Positions 27,840-37,155 of a stretch of DNA of 45,769 nucleotides are shown one piece after another (position 1 is the first letter of the stretch; every line of letters begins with the position of its first letter). Both the position numbers and the translations under genes were made by a program. The DNA lies in NCBI GenBank assembly GCA_902803285.1, contig CADCPC010000043.1, positions 1 through 45,769 on the forward strand. The letters run 5' to 3'. The notes under the pieces were generated by a model. That model worked only from the letters and a program-made list of their open reading frames with translations, ran no database searches and was not told where the DNA came from. This DNA is from an uncultured Erysipelotrichaceae bacterium (GTDB lineage Bacteria; Bacillota_I; Bacilli_A; RFN20; CAG-826).

Positions 27840-30767
27840 ATGCCAGAACAATATAAGAAAAATCCTGCTACTATCTCCAAATATGATGGGATAGAACTCA
27901 AGACAGAAGAAGAAAAAAGACTTTTCGAAAAGTACGCTGCTCTTGGCAAGAAAATTACTGACAACGTCAGAACAAAACTAGGCGGAGTCAAAACAACATC
28001 ACCTGAATGGTGGGGTCTAAGAGAAATGCTTACAGAAGAGGAAGTTGATTTTGCTCTTCGCATGAAGCTCAGAAAATGGTACACCATGGAACAACTTGTC
28101 GAAATGCAAAAGAAACAATTCGACGCTCAACAAGTTAAAGACATTACATGGTCATTATCCGTTAAAGGTTTAATCGAATACGACTGGGGAGATCATTATA
28201 ATGATGACGGTCCTATTCCAAATGCACCTACTGATAAGAGATATAGAATTTCATTCTTTGTTCCTGGTAGTGCTGAATTATTCAACTCTTCATTAGATAG
28301 AATTGAATCAAGACCTGCAGTTGCTAACTTTTTTGAAAGAATGACATTCTTACCACTTGAACATGTTACTCACATGGTAAGACCTGGCGGTAACGGTATT
28401 GGTATGCACGTTATCCCTGTTGAAAAAGCAATTGAAACCAACCCAGAAACAATTAAAATCGAAAAGATTTCATATTGGATGAAGAAATATAAGGGACACG
28501 TATCTGCTGGTATCTGTTCGTGTCGTGCTTCTAGAGCAATGCTCGGTGAAGGATGTGAAGATGATATCAATGACTGGTGTATCCAATTAGGCGATATGGC
28601 TGACTACACTGTTGAAACAGGTAGAGCTCACTATATCACCGAAGAAGAAGCATTTGAAACCTTCAGGAAAGCAGAACAAAACGGATTTGTTCACCAAGTT
28701 ACCAACATCGATGGCGATGATCATATCTTCGATATCTGTAACTGTGATGTTAAGATTTGTAACGCTTTAAGAACTGCTCTTCTATATAACACTCCTAATA
28801 TGCAAAGAAGTAGTTTTACTTCTGTTGTTGATAAACAAAAGTGTGTTGCTTGTGGACGTTGTGTCGAAGCTTGTCCAGCAGGCGCACTTAAATTAGGTCA
28901 AAAATTATGTAAGGCTGATGGCACTGAAGTTCAATATCCAAAACAACCATTACCAGACAAGATCAAATGGGGCAAATACGCTTGGGATGAAAACTATCGT
29001 GATACAGCAAGAGTTAATACACATGATTCAGGTACTGCTCCATGTAAAACAGCATGTCCTGCCCATGTCCCAGTTCAAGGCTATCTAAAGATGGCTAACC
29101 AAGGACGTTATAGAGAAGCTTTAGCTCTCATTAAGAGAGAAAACCCATTCCCGGCAGTCTGTGGTCGTATTTGTAATAAGAGATGTGAAGACGCTTGTAC
29201 TAGAGGTACAATCGATTCTCCAGTTTCTATCGATGCAGTTAAGAAGTTCTTAGCTGAATACGAAATCAAGAGTGGCAAATATGTTGTCCCAGAAAAGATC
29301 GTTCCAAAAGTCAATGGTGAATTCGACGATAAGATCGCTATCATTGGTGCTGGTCCAGCTGGCTTATCCGCTGCTTACTATTTAGGCGTTATGGGTTACC
29401 ATCCAACAGTGTTTGAAAAGAATGAAAAACCTGGTGGAATGTTAAGATATGGTATTCCTTCATATAAACTTGAAAAAGATGTTATCGATGCCGAAATTGA
29501 AGTCATCAAAGAACTTGGTGTTGAAATCAAGTGTGGCGTTGAAGTTGGCAAAGATATCACAATTGATGAACTCAAAAAACAAGGCTACAAAGCATTCTAT
29601 GTTGCTATTGGATGCCAAGGTGGTAGAAGACCTGGAGTTGCTAACGACACAGCTGAAGGTACAGAAATCGCTGTTGATTTCTTAAGAAGAGCTAGCGCAG
29701 ACAAAAAACCTACATTATCAGGTGATGTCGTAGTCGTTGGTGGTGGTAACGTCGCTATCGACTGTGCACGCGTTTCTTCTAGACTAGGCGCTGGTAAAGT
29801 CAGCATGTTCTGTCTCGAAAGTAAAGATACAATGCCTGCAAGCAAAGAAGAGATTTTCGAAGCTGAAGATGAAGGCATCGTAATCAACCCATCTTATGGT
29901 CCAAAAGAAGTAAAAGTTGACTCAAAAGGCCATGTTTCTTCAATTATTTTCAAGAGATGCTTATCCACTTTAGATGAAAACGGTAAGTTCGCTCCTAAGT
30001 ATGATGAAGAAGATACAATTGAAGTTCCAGCTAACCACATCATCTTCGCAATTGGTCAAACAATTGTCTGGGGTGACTTATTAAAAGGAACAAAAGTTAC
30101 TTATTGGAGAAATGGTTATCCAGTCGCTGACAAGTTAACCTATCAAACCGCTGATGACGATATCTTCGTTGGTGGTGATGTCAATACAGGCCCACGCTTT
30201 GTTATCGACGCAATCGCACAAGGTCATGAAGTCGCAACTTCCTTAGCAAGACATTGCCGTTGGAATGCTTCTATGACAATTGGTAGAGATAGAAGACACT
30301 TCGTCTCCTTAAATAAAGAAGACATCTTAATTCCAAGCTACGATGAAGCTGGAAGACAAGAAGCTGGTTTAGATCCAAATATCGATCACCGCAAGTCATT
30401 CAGAGATGCTCACTTAACATTAACTGAAGAGCAAGTTCACATTGAAACAAACAGATGCTTAAGCTGTGGTGCAACAATTGTTGATCCAAATAAATGTATC
30501 GGTTGTGGTATTTGTACAACTAGATGTGAATTTGACGCTATCAAGTTAGTGAGAGACCATCCAAAATGTTCTGATATGCGTAAAGCAGAAAACAAAGTCA
30601 CTGGTTTATTAGGCTATGCTGCAAAACGTGCTATCAAGATTGCATTACATTCCGGCAGTAAAGAAGCTCGTGAAATGCGTGCAAGACGTAAAGCGTGGAA
30701 TAAGGCTCATAAGAATGATCCAAATACCCATACTGGTTACGCAGTACCTCTTCCAGAAAGAAAATAA
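27840..30767 (+). CDS. Multi-domain Fe-S flavoprotein (Cys/His-rich N-domain + ferredoxin + GltD/NfnB-like FAD/NAD(P) module + ferredoxin)
   Basis: CSCR..GC..C..HQ..ICNC..C; CVACGRCVEACP; APCKTACP..CGRIC...CEDAC.R; IIGAGPAG; GGGNVAID; RCLSC..CIGCGIC...C. Confidence 0.85.
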   Translation: MPEQYKKNPATISKYDGIELKTEEEKRLFEKYAALGKKITDNVRTKLGGVKTTSPEWWGLREMLTEEEVDFALRMKLRKWYTMEQLVEMQKKQFDAQQVKDITWSLSVKGLIEYDWGDHYNDDGPIPNAPTDKRYRISFFVPGSAELFNSSLDRIESRPAVANFFERMTFLPLEHVTHMVRPGGNGIGMHVIPVEKAIETNPETIKIEKISYWMKKYKGHVSAGICSCRASRAMLGEGCEDDINDWCIQLGDMADYTVETGRAHYITEEEAFETFRKAEQNGFVHQVTNIDGDDHIFDICNCDVKICNALRTALLYNTPNMQRSSFTSVVDKQKCVACGRCVEACPAGALKLGQKLCKADGTEVQYPKQPLPDKIKWGKYAWDENYRDTARVNTHDSGTAPCKTACPAHVPVQGYLKMANQGRYREALALIKRENPFPAVCGRICNKRCEDACTRGTIDSPVSIDAVKKFLAEYEIKSGKYVVPEKIVPKVNGEFDDKIAIIGAGPAGLSAAYYLGVMGYHPTVFEKNEKPGGMLRYGIPSYKLEKDVIDAEIEVIKELGVEIKCGVEVGKDITIDELKKQGYKAFYVAIGCQGGRRPGVANDTAEGTEIAVDFLRRASADKKPTLSGDVVVVGGGNVAIDCARVSSRLGAGKVSMFCLESKDTMPASKEEIFEAEDEGIVINPSYGPKEVKVDSKGHVSSIIFKRCLSTLDENGKFAPKYDEEDTIEVPANHIIFAIGQTIVWGDLLKGTKVTYWRNGYPVADKLTYQTADDDIFVGGDVNTGPRFVIDAIAQGHEVATSLARHCRWNASMTIGRDRRHFVSLNKEDILIPSYDEAGRQEAGLDPNIDHRKSFRDAHLTLTEEQVHIETNRCLSCGATIVDPNKCIGCGICTTRCEFDAIKLVRDHPKCSDMRKAENKVTGLLGYAAKRAIKIALHSGSKEAREMRARRKAWNKAHKNDPNTHTGYAVPLPERK

Positions 30768-30770
30768 TTC

Positions 30771-31121
30771 ATGCATGAATTAGGCATTGTGTTTCATATC
30801 ATCAAAGATATTGACAAAATTGCCGAAGAGAATCACGTTAAACAAGTTAAAAGTGTAACCCTTGAACTCGGTGAAGTTTCAGGAGTCATTCCTGAATACC
30901 TAGTCGATGTATGGAATTGGGCATGTGAAAACAAGTCCAAGTACATGAAGGGCTGCAAACTTGATCTTAAGATCATTAAAGCAATCACTTTCTGTGATAG
31001 CTGTAAGAAAACATATTCCACTTTAAAAGGCAAGATTTGCCCTTATTGTGGCAGTAAAGAAACGTGGCTATTAGAAGGCAACGAAACGAAAATAAAAAGC
31101 ATAGAAGTAGTGGATTCCTAG
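30771..31121 (+). CDS. hypA: HypA nickel metallochaperone
   Basis: N-terminal MHE Ni-binding motif; GE.SGV; CDSC...CPYCGS zinc finger. Confidence 0.95.
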   Translation: MHELGIVFHIIKDIDKIAEENHVKQVKSVTLELGEVSGVIPEYLVDVWNWACENKSKYMKGCKLDLKIIKAITFCDSCKKTYSTLKGKICPYCGSKETWLLEGNETKIKSIEVVDS

Positions 31122-31139
31122 TGAGTCCACTTTTCTTTT
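31109..31139 (+). terminator. Terminator closing the hyp operon
   Basis: AGTGGATTC/GAGTCCACT plus T-run. Confidence 0.75.
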
Positions 31140-31197
31140 GTTGTTTAACATTTTGTTTTTTAGAATAAAAATGTTAAAATGCATACGTCAAAAGCGT

Positions 31198-32115
31198 ATG
31201 AAAATTATTATTTTAATGTCCACATATAACGGGACAAAGTACCTTAGAGAACAATTAGATAGCATATATAATCTTGATAACATCGGTGATATTTCTATTC
31301 TTGTTAGAGATGATGGCTCTAAAGATGGAACACAAGATATTCTAGAAGAATATAAACGTAGTCATGATAATTTTGATTGGTATCAAGGAGAGAATTTAAG
31401 ACCGGCAAGAAGCTTCTGGCAGTTGATGAAAGTTGCTCCTGATGCAGACTTTTATGCTTACGCTGATCAAGATGATGTTTGGGATAAAGATAAATTAGTG
31501 ATTGCCACTAAAGCTTTGGAACCTTTTGATAAGAAAACCCCTCTATTATATTTCTCGGATGTTCGTGTCGTAAGAGCGGACTTATCTTTGATGTATAAGA
31601 ATATGATTCAAACAAATATGCCAATCGATTTCCCTCACTCACTCATTAAAAATGTGTGTCCGGGATGTACCTATGTCTTTAATAAAGCGGCTAGAGATAT
31701 CGCTCTTAAGTTTGATCCTGATATTTATGAATTAGATATCCATGACTGGGCAATGCATAGAATTGTCGCTTGCTTTGGCCATATTGTTTTAGATAGAACC
31801 GCTCATATGTCTTATAGACAACATGGTAATAATGTTATTGGCGCTAATCGTAATGGCATTTTTGGCAGAATTGTTGAGACTCTTAAGAAATCTAAGAATC
31901 CAAAGTTTGTTAACTTGAGACTACGTAACGCAAGAGCGTTTGAAGAATGCTACGCTAACGATATGAACCCTGAAAATAGATATACTGTCTATTTACTCGC
32001 CCACTATATCGAAGACAAGAAATTAATGAAAGCTGTTCTTAAGGACCCAAGGTTTAAATTTGGATTCATGGAATATACATATTTCAAATGGAGAATTCAT
32101 TCAGGCAAGTTCTAA
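31198..32115 (+). CDS. GT2 glycosyltransferase (RgpB-like rhamnosyltransferase)
   Basis: LMSTYNG..YL.EQLDSI, RDDGS.D.T, DQDDVW..DKL, GCT, HDW, YRQH..N.IG. Confidence 0.9.
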   Translation: MKIIILMSTYNGTKYLREQLDSIYNLDNIGDISILVRDDGSKDGTQDILEEYKRSHDNFDWYQGENLRPARSFWQLMKVAPDADFYAYADQDDVWDKDKLVIATKALEPFDKKTPLLYFSDVRVVRADLSLMYKNMIQTNMPIDFPHSLIKNVCPGCTYVFNKAARDIALKFDPDIYELDIHDWAMHRIVACFGHIVLDRTAHMSYRQHGNNVIGANRNGIFGRIVETLKKSKNPKFVNLRLRNARAFEECYANDMNPENRYTVYLLAHYIEDKKLMKAVLKDPRFKFGFMEYTYFKWRIHSGKF

Positions 32116-32116
32116 T

Positions 32117-32977
32117 ATGAAAATAGATGTTATCGTTCCTATATATAAGGAATTTGATGAAGTTAAAAGTTTATATTGCTCTTTATTAGAACAAAAAGAT
32201 GTAGAGATAAATAAAATTATCTTTCCTTTTACTTTATCTAACGAAAAAGTCGATGATGAATTAAGAGTGTTTATTAAAGAGAATGGCATTGTTTCTTTTG
32301 AAATGCCTTTAGAGAAATTCTCTCATTCTCTTACAAGAGAAAAGGCGATTAGAGAATATGCGGAATGTGATGTTGTCCTCTTAATGAGTCAAGACGTCAA
32401 GCTAGTGGATGAACATTCCATTTATAATCTTGTAAAAGAAGTGAATAATGAAGTTGTTTATGTCTTTGGCAAACAAATTTGCACTAATAAGAGCATTGAA
32501 AAATATATTCGTAAGAAGAATTATCCAGAAACAAGTTATGTAGTTAGCAAAGAAGATATTGAAGCTAAACAGTTGATGGCCTTCTTTGCTAGTGATGCAT
32601 TTTCCGCTTTAAATAGAAATGTATTCATCGATATCGGTGGATATCAAGGCTATGACATCATGATGGGTGAAGACATGTTATATTCCAAATTTGTTTTAGA
32701 TCATGGTTACAAGAAAAAATATGTGGCAGAAGCAGTGGTAGAACACTCTCACAAATATACATTGAAACAGTTATATGACCGCTATTATGAAACTGGTAAG
32801 TTCCATAAGCAAGTAGGGTTATTTGAAAACTATAAGTCAACTGATTCTGGAATGAAGTTAGCCTTATACGTCTTAAAAGAAGCCCTTAAGCATTTCGATA
32901 TTCCAGTTTTATTTAGATGGCTTCCAGATATGACATCTCGTTATCTAGGGATGAAGAAAGGAAAAAAAGCAAAATGA
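32117..32977 (+). CDS. GT2 glycosyltransferase (RfbN-like rhamnosyltransferase)
   Basis: FSH..TR, SQD, FGKQ, FFASD, ED, V.HSH.Y.L.....RY. Confidence 0.85.
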   Translation: MKIDVIVPIYKEFDEVKSLYCSLLEQKDVEINKIIFPFTLSNEKVDDELRVFIKENGIVSFEMPLEKFSHSLTREKAIREYAECDVVLLMSQDVKLVDEHSIYNLVKEVNNEVVYVFGKQICTNKSIEKYIRKKNYPETSYVVSKEDIEAKQLMAFFASDAFSALNRNVFIDIGGYQGYDIMMGEDMLYSKFVLDHGYKKKYVAEAVVEHSHKYTLKQLYDRYYETGKFHKQVGLFENYKSTDSGMKLALYVLKEALKHFDIPVLFRWLPDMTSRYLGMKKGKKAK

Positions 32978-33858
32978 AAGGCATTATCTTAGCAGGAGGA
33001 AGTGGCACAAGATTATATCCACTTACCTTAGTAACTTCCAAACAATTATTACCAGTTTATGACAAACCAATGGTCTATTATCCACTTAGCATCTTAATGT
33101 TAGCGGGTATTAGAGATATTTTGATTATCTCCACTCCAGAAGACACTCCTAAGTTTGAACAATTATTAGGAGATGGTAGTCATTTTGGTATCCATCTATC
33201 ATACTGTGTTCAACCTTCTCCAGATGGATTAGCACAGGCTTTTATCTTAGGTGAAAAGTTTATTGGTGATGATGCTTGTGCGATGGTTCTTGGAGATAAC
33301 ATCTTCTACGGAAATGGATTAAAACATTCTCTTGCGAACTCTGTTAAAAGAGCAGAAGAAGGCAAAGCCACAATTTATGGTTATTTTGTTCCAGATCCAG
33401 AGAGATTTGGTGTGGTGGAATTTGACTCTAATGGTGTGCCAACAAAAATTGTTGAAAAACCAAAAGATCCAAAGAGCAACTACGCAGTTACTGGTTTATA
33501 TTTCTATCCAAAAGGTGTTTCTAAAGAAGCAAAAGCGATTAAACCTAGCCCTAGAGGAGAATTAGAAATTACAGATTTAAACTGCCGTTACCTTGCTAGT
33601 GGAAAATTACACGCGGAATTTTTAGGCCGTGGTTGTGCCTGGCTTGATACTGGTACACATGAATCTCTAGTAGAAGCAACTACATTTGTTAAGACAATCG
33701 AAGAACAAATGGGATTAAAGGTGTCTTGCCCAGAAGAAATTGCATATAACAATGGCTGGCTCAGTAAAGAAAAATTAATTGAGATTGGTCAAACAATGGC
33801 TAAAAACCAATACGGTCAACACTTATTAAATGTTGCCGCTGGTAAGATTAGATATTAA
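32974..33858 (+). CDS. rmlA: Glucose-1-phosphate thymidylyltransferase
   Basis: [50 protein letters not shown]. Confidence 0.97.
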   Translation: MKGIILAGGSGTRLYPLTLVTSKQLLPVYDKPMVYYPLSILMLAGIRDILIISTPEDTPKFEQLLGDGSHFGIHLSYCVQPSPDGLAQAFILGEKFIGDDACAMVLGDNIFYGNGLKHSLANSVKRAEEGKATIYGYFVPDPERFGVVEFDSNGVPTKIVEKPKDPKSNYAVTGLYFYPKGVSKEAKAIKPSPRGELEITDLNCRYLASGKLHAEFLGRGCAWLDTGTHESLVEATTFVKTIEEQMGLKVSCPEEIAYNNGWLSKEKLIEIGQTMAKNQYGQHLLNVAAGKIRY

Positions 33859-33868
33859 GGAGCGTTTT

Positions 33869-34414
33869 ATGTTTAATATCATTAAGACTGAAATTGAAGG
33901 AGTAGTGATTCTTGAACCAAAAGTTTTTGGCGATAATCGTGGCTACTTCATGGAAACATATAACGAAAAAGATTTTAAAGAAGCAGGTTTAGATTATAAC
34001 TTTGTTCAAGACAATCAATCTCGTTCTATCAAAGGTGTTTTAAGAGGCTTACATTTTCAGAAGCATTATCCACAAGCAAAATGTGTTAGAGTTCTTGAAG
34101 GTGAAGTCTATGATGTAGCGGTCGATTTAAGAAAAGATAGTCCAACTTATGGTAAATATGTCGGAGTTCTTCTTTCCGCTGAAAATAAACGTATTTTTAT
34201 GATTCCTAGAGGATTTGCTCATGGGTTTGTTGTTCTTAGTGATACCGCAACCTTCACATACAAATGTGATGACTTCTATCATCCTGAAGATGAAGGAGGT
34301 ATTATTTGGAATGATCCTACTATTGCAGTAGATTGGCCTTTAAAAGAAGGAATCATTCTCTCTAGTAAAGATGAAAAGCTTCCAACATTTGTTGAAGCAA
34401 ACATTAAGTTTTAA
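33869..34414 (+). CDS. rmlC: dTDP-4-dehydrorhamnose 3,5-epimerase
   Basis: D.RGYF.E, FVQDN.S.S..GVLRGLHFQ, DVAVDLR..SPT, GFAHGF, YKC. Confidence 0.97.
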   Translation: MFNIIKTEIEGVVILEPKVFGDNRGYFMETYNEKDFKEAGLDYNFVQDNQSRSIKGVLRGLHFQKHYPQAKCVRVLEGEVYDVAVDLRKDSPTYGKYVGVLLSAENKRIFMIPRGFAHGFVVLSDTATFTYKCDDFYHPEDEGGIIWNDPTIAVDWPLKEGIILSSKDEKLPTFVEANIKF

Positions 34415-34416
34415 TT

Positions 34417-35292
34417 ATGAATAAAGAATTAAGAGTACTTGTCACTGGAGTTAAAGGACAACTTGGCTACGACTGTGTTAGAGAATTGAAAGAGCGTGGT
34501 TACACGAATGTTTTAGGCATTGATATTGAACAGCTTGATATCACTGATGAAAAGGCTGTACACGCCTTTATTAATGAATTTAAGCCAGATGTAGTAATGC
34601 ACAATGCCGCTTGGACTGCAGTTGATAAAGCAGAAGCAATGCCGGATCTTGTTTACAAAGTAAACGCTCTAGGCCCTAAATATATCGCTGAGGCATGTAA
34701 AGAAGTTGGTGCAAAGATGATTTATATCTCTACCGACTATGTTTTTAACGGCAAAGGCGAAAAAGCTTTTGAAGTTAATGATCCAAAAGAAGGATTATCA
34801 GTATATGGCAAAACCAAGGCCGCTGGAGAAGATTTTGTAATTAATGGTAATGACAAACATTTCATTATCCGTATTTCTTGGGTGTTTGGTATTAACGGCA
34901 ATAACTATGTTAAAACCATGCTTAAACTTGCTGAAACCAAAACTGAACTTAATATTGTTTGTGACCAAATTGGTTCCCCAACATATACTTATGATTTGAG
35001 CAAATTGATGTGCGATATGATGGAAAGTGATAAATATGGTGTTTATCATGCGACTAACGAAGGATTCTGCTCATGGTATGATTTCACCAAGTATATTTAT
35101 GAAGTAGCGGGTATTACATCAGTAGAAGTTAAACCTATAACTACTGCGGAATATAAGAAACTAGTCCCTAATCAAGCTGATCGCCCACTTAATAGTAGGA
35201 TGAGCAAGGCTTCTTTAGATAAAGCAGGATTTAATCGCCTTCCTACTTGGCAAGACGCTACATCAAGATTTATTAAAGAACTTCAAAAATGA
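34417..35292 (+). CDS. rmlD: dTDP-4-dehydrorhamnose reductase
   Basis: TG..GQLG, AA.T.VD.AE, ISTDYVF.G, YG.TK, DQ.GSPT, RP. Confidence 0.97.
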   Translation: MNKELRVLVTGVKGQLGYDCVRELKERGYTNVLGIDIEQLDITDEKAVHAFINEFKPDVVMHNAAWTAVDKAEAMPDLVYKVNALGPKYIAEACKEVGAKMIYISTDYVFNGKGEKAFEVNDPKEGLSVYGKTKAAGEDFVINGNDKHFIIRISWVFGINGNNYVKTMLKLAETKTELNIVCDQIGSPTYTYDLSKLMCDMMESDKYGVYHATNEGFCSWYDFTKYIYEVAGITSVEVKPITTAEYKKLVPNQADRPLNSRMSKASLDKAGFNRLPTWQDATSRFIKELQK

Positions 35293-36117
35293 AAATCGAT
35301 GGAGTGTTAGTTATCCATAATCCTCAAAAGGAGATGTTAGATAATATTCAAAGATATTATCCTCTTTTGTCCTCGTTATTTGTGATTGATAACTCAATAA
35401 CTCCAAACCATTATTTTGTAGAAGAAGTTAAAAAGCTAGATAAAGTTACTTATCTATCTTTAGAAGGCAACAAAGGTATTGCAAAGGCGCTTAAAGAAGG
35501 TCTTCTACTAGCAATAGAAGATCAGGCAGATTACTGCTTAACCATCGATCAAGATTCTTTATTCCCTTTGGGAAAAGAAAAAGAGATTAAAGAATATTTA
35601 TCTAAAGATAATGGTGATTACGGTATTATCTCTCTTAACTTTAATAGCGACACTTCCGAAAAAGAAATTAAAGAAGTTGATACCTGGATAGCTAGTGGCA
35701 ACTTTATCAATATAAAAAACTATCAATTAATATCTGGGTTTAAAGAAGAATTATTCATCGATTGGGTAGACTTCGACTTGGATGAACAGTTCCATTCAAT
35801 TGGCAAAAAAAATTGGTGTTATCCAAGATATATCATTATCCCACCAAATAGGTGAACCACTGATAAGAAGATTCTTGTGGAAAAAATTTCCAGTAGATAA
35901 TCATCTTCCAGTTCGTTATTATTATCTCTACAGGAATGCGGAAATATTACATCGTAATAACAAGACATTCTATAAGAGATTGTATAAAGGCTTAAAAAGA
36001 GATTACATCATTCAACTCATATTCGGAGTGAATAGAAAAGAAAAATTAAAAATGATTTCTAGAGGGAAAAGGGATGGCAAAAAAGGCATCCTTGGACCTT
36101 ATAAGGAGGCAAAATAA
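35289..36117 (+). pseudogene. GT2 rhamnosyltransferase (RfbF-like) split by a +1 frameshift in an A8 tract
   Basis: IDNS, N.GIA.AL..G, DQDS, IASG, F.EELFID.VD in frame 1; removing one A at 35805-35812 joins IGKKIGV...HQIG...H...RYYY..RN into a 275-aa protein. Confidence 0.85.
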
Positions 36118-36118
36118 T

Positions 36119-37135
36119 ATGGCAAAATTCTTAGTTACTGGTGGAGCAGGATTTATCGGAGGAAACTTCCTCCATATCATGGTTAATAAATATCCTAAAG
36201 ATCAATATGTCTGTATTGACGCTTTAACATATGCAGGGAATTTAGAGACTTTAGCCCCTATTATGGATAAACCAAACTTTAAGTTTGTCCACGAAAACAT
36301 TTGTAATAGAGAAGCAGTTTACAAATTATTTGAAGAAGAACATTTTGATTACGTTATCAACTTTGCAGCAGAAAGCCATGTTGATAGAAGTATTGAAAAC
36401 CCAGAAATATTCTTAGAAACCAATATCATGGGGACCCAAGTATTAATGGATGCTTGCCGTAAATATGGCATTAAGAGATATCACCAAGTTTCCACTGATG
36501 AAGTTTACGGTGATTTACCATTAGATAGACCAGATTTATTCTTCCATGAAGACACTCCTATTCATACTTCTAGCCCTTATAGTGCTTCTAAAGCCAGCGC
36601 TGACTTATTGGTGTTAGCGTATCACCGCACATTTAAATTGCCTGTGACTATTTCTAGATGTTCCAATAACTACGGGCCATATCATTTCCCAGAAAAATTA
36701 ATTCCTTTAATGATTCAAAAGGCGTTAAGAGACGAACCATTACCAGTTTATGGTAAAGGTGAAAACGTTAGAGACTGGCTCTATGTTGGAGATCACTGCA
36801 CTGCGATTGATTTAGTGGTTAGACATGGTAGAGATGGCGAAGTTTATAACATCGGTGGTCATAACGAAAGAACTAATTTAGAAGTAGTGAAAACCATCTT
36901 AAGAGCGTTAGGAAAACCTGAAACATTAATTACCTATGTCAAAGATAGACCTGGACATGATTTAAGATACGCGATGGATCCAACTAAGATTGAAACAGAA
37001 TTAGGTTGGAAACCAGAATATAACTTTGATACAGGCATTCAAGCTACGATTAAATGGAATTTAGAAAACCAAGAATGGCTTTCTCATGTTGAAAGTGGCG
37101 AATACATGAATTGGTTAGATAGACAATATAAATAA
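36119..37135 (+). CDS. rmlB: dTDP-glucose 4,6-dehydratase
   Basis: LVTGGAGFIG, FAAESHVDRSI, STDEVYG, YSASKA, NNYGP..FPEKLIP, DRPGHD.RY; SD AAGGAGG. Confidence 0.97.
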   Translation: MAKFLVTGGAGFIGGNFLHIMVNKYPKDQYVCIDALTYAGNLETLAPIMDKPNFKFVHENICNREAVYKLFEEEHFDYVINFAAESHVDRSIENPEIFLETNIMGTQVLMDACRKYGIKRYHQVSTDEVYGDLPLDRPDLFFHEDTPIHTSSPYSASKASADLLVLAYHRTFKLPVTISRCSNNYGPYHFPEKLIPLMIQKALRDEPLPVYGKGENVRDWLYVGDHCTAIDLVVRHGRDGEVYNIGGHNERTNLEVVKTILRALGKPETLITYVKDRPGHDLRYAMDPTKIETELGWKPEYNFDTGIQATIKWNLENQEWLSHVESGEYMNWLDRQYK

Positions 37136-37155
37136 AATTTATATAAGACAATATT

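Noticed and set aside
26494-31121. Calling this a hydrogenase or glutamate synthase locus
   Set aside because: No [NiFe] large-subunit motifs, H-cluster motifs, hypCDEF or gltB in the window
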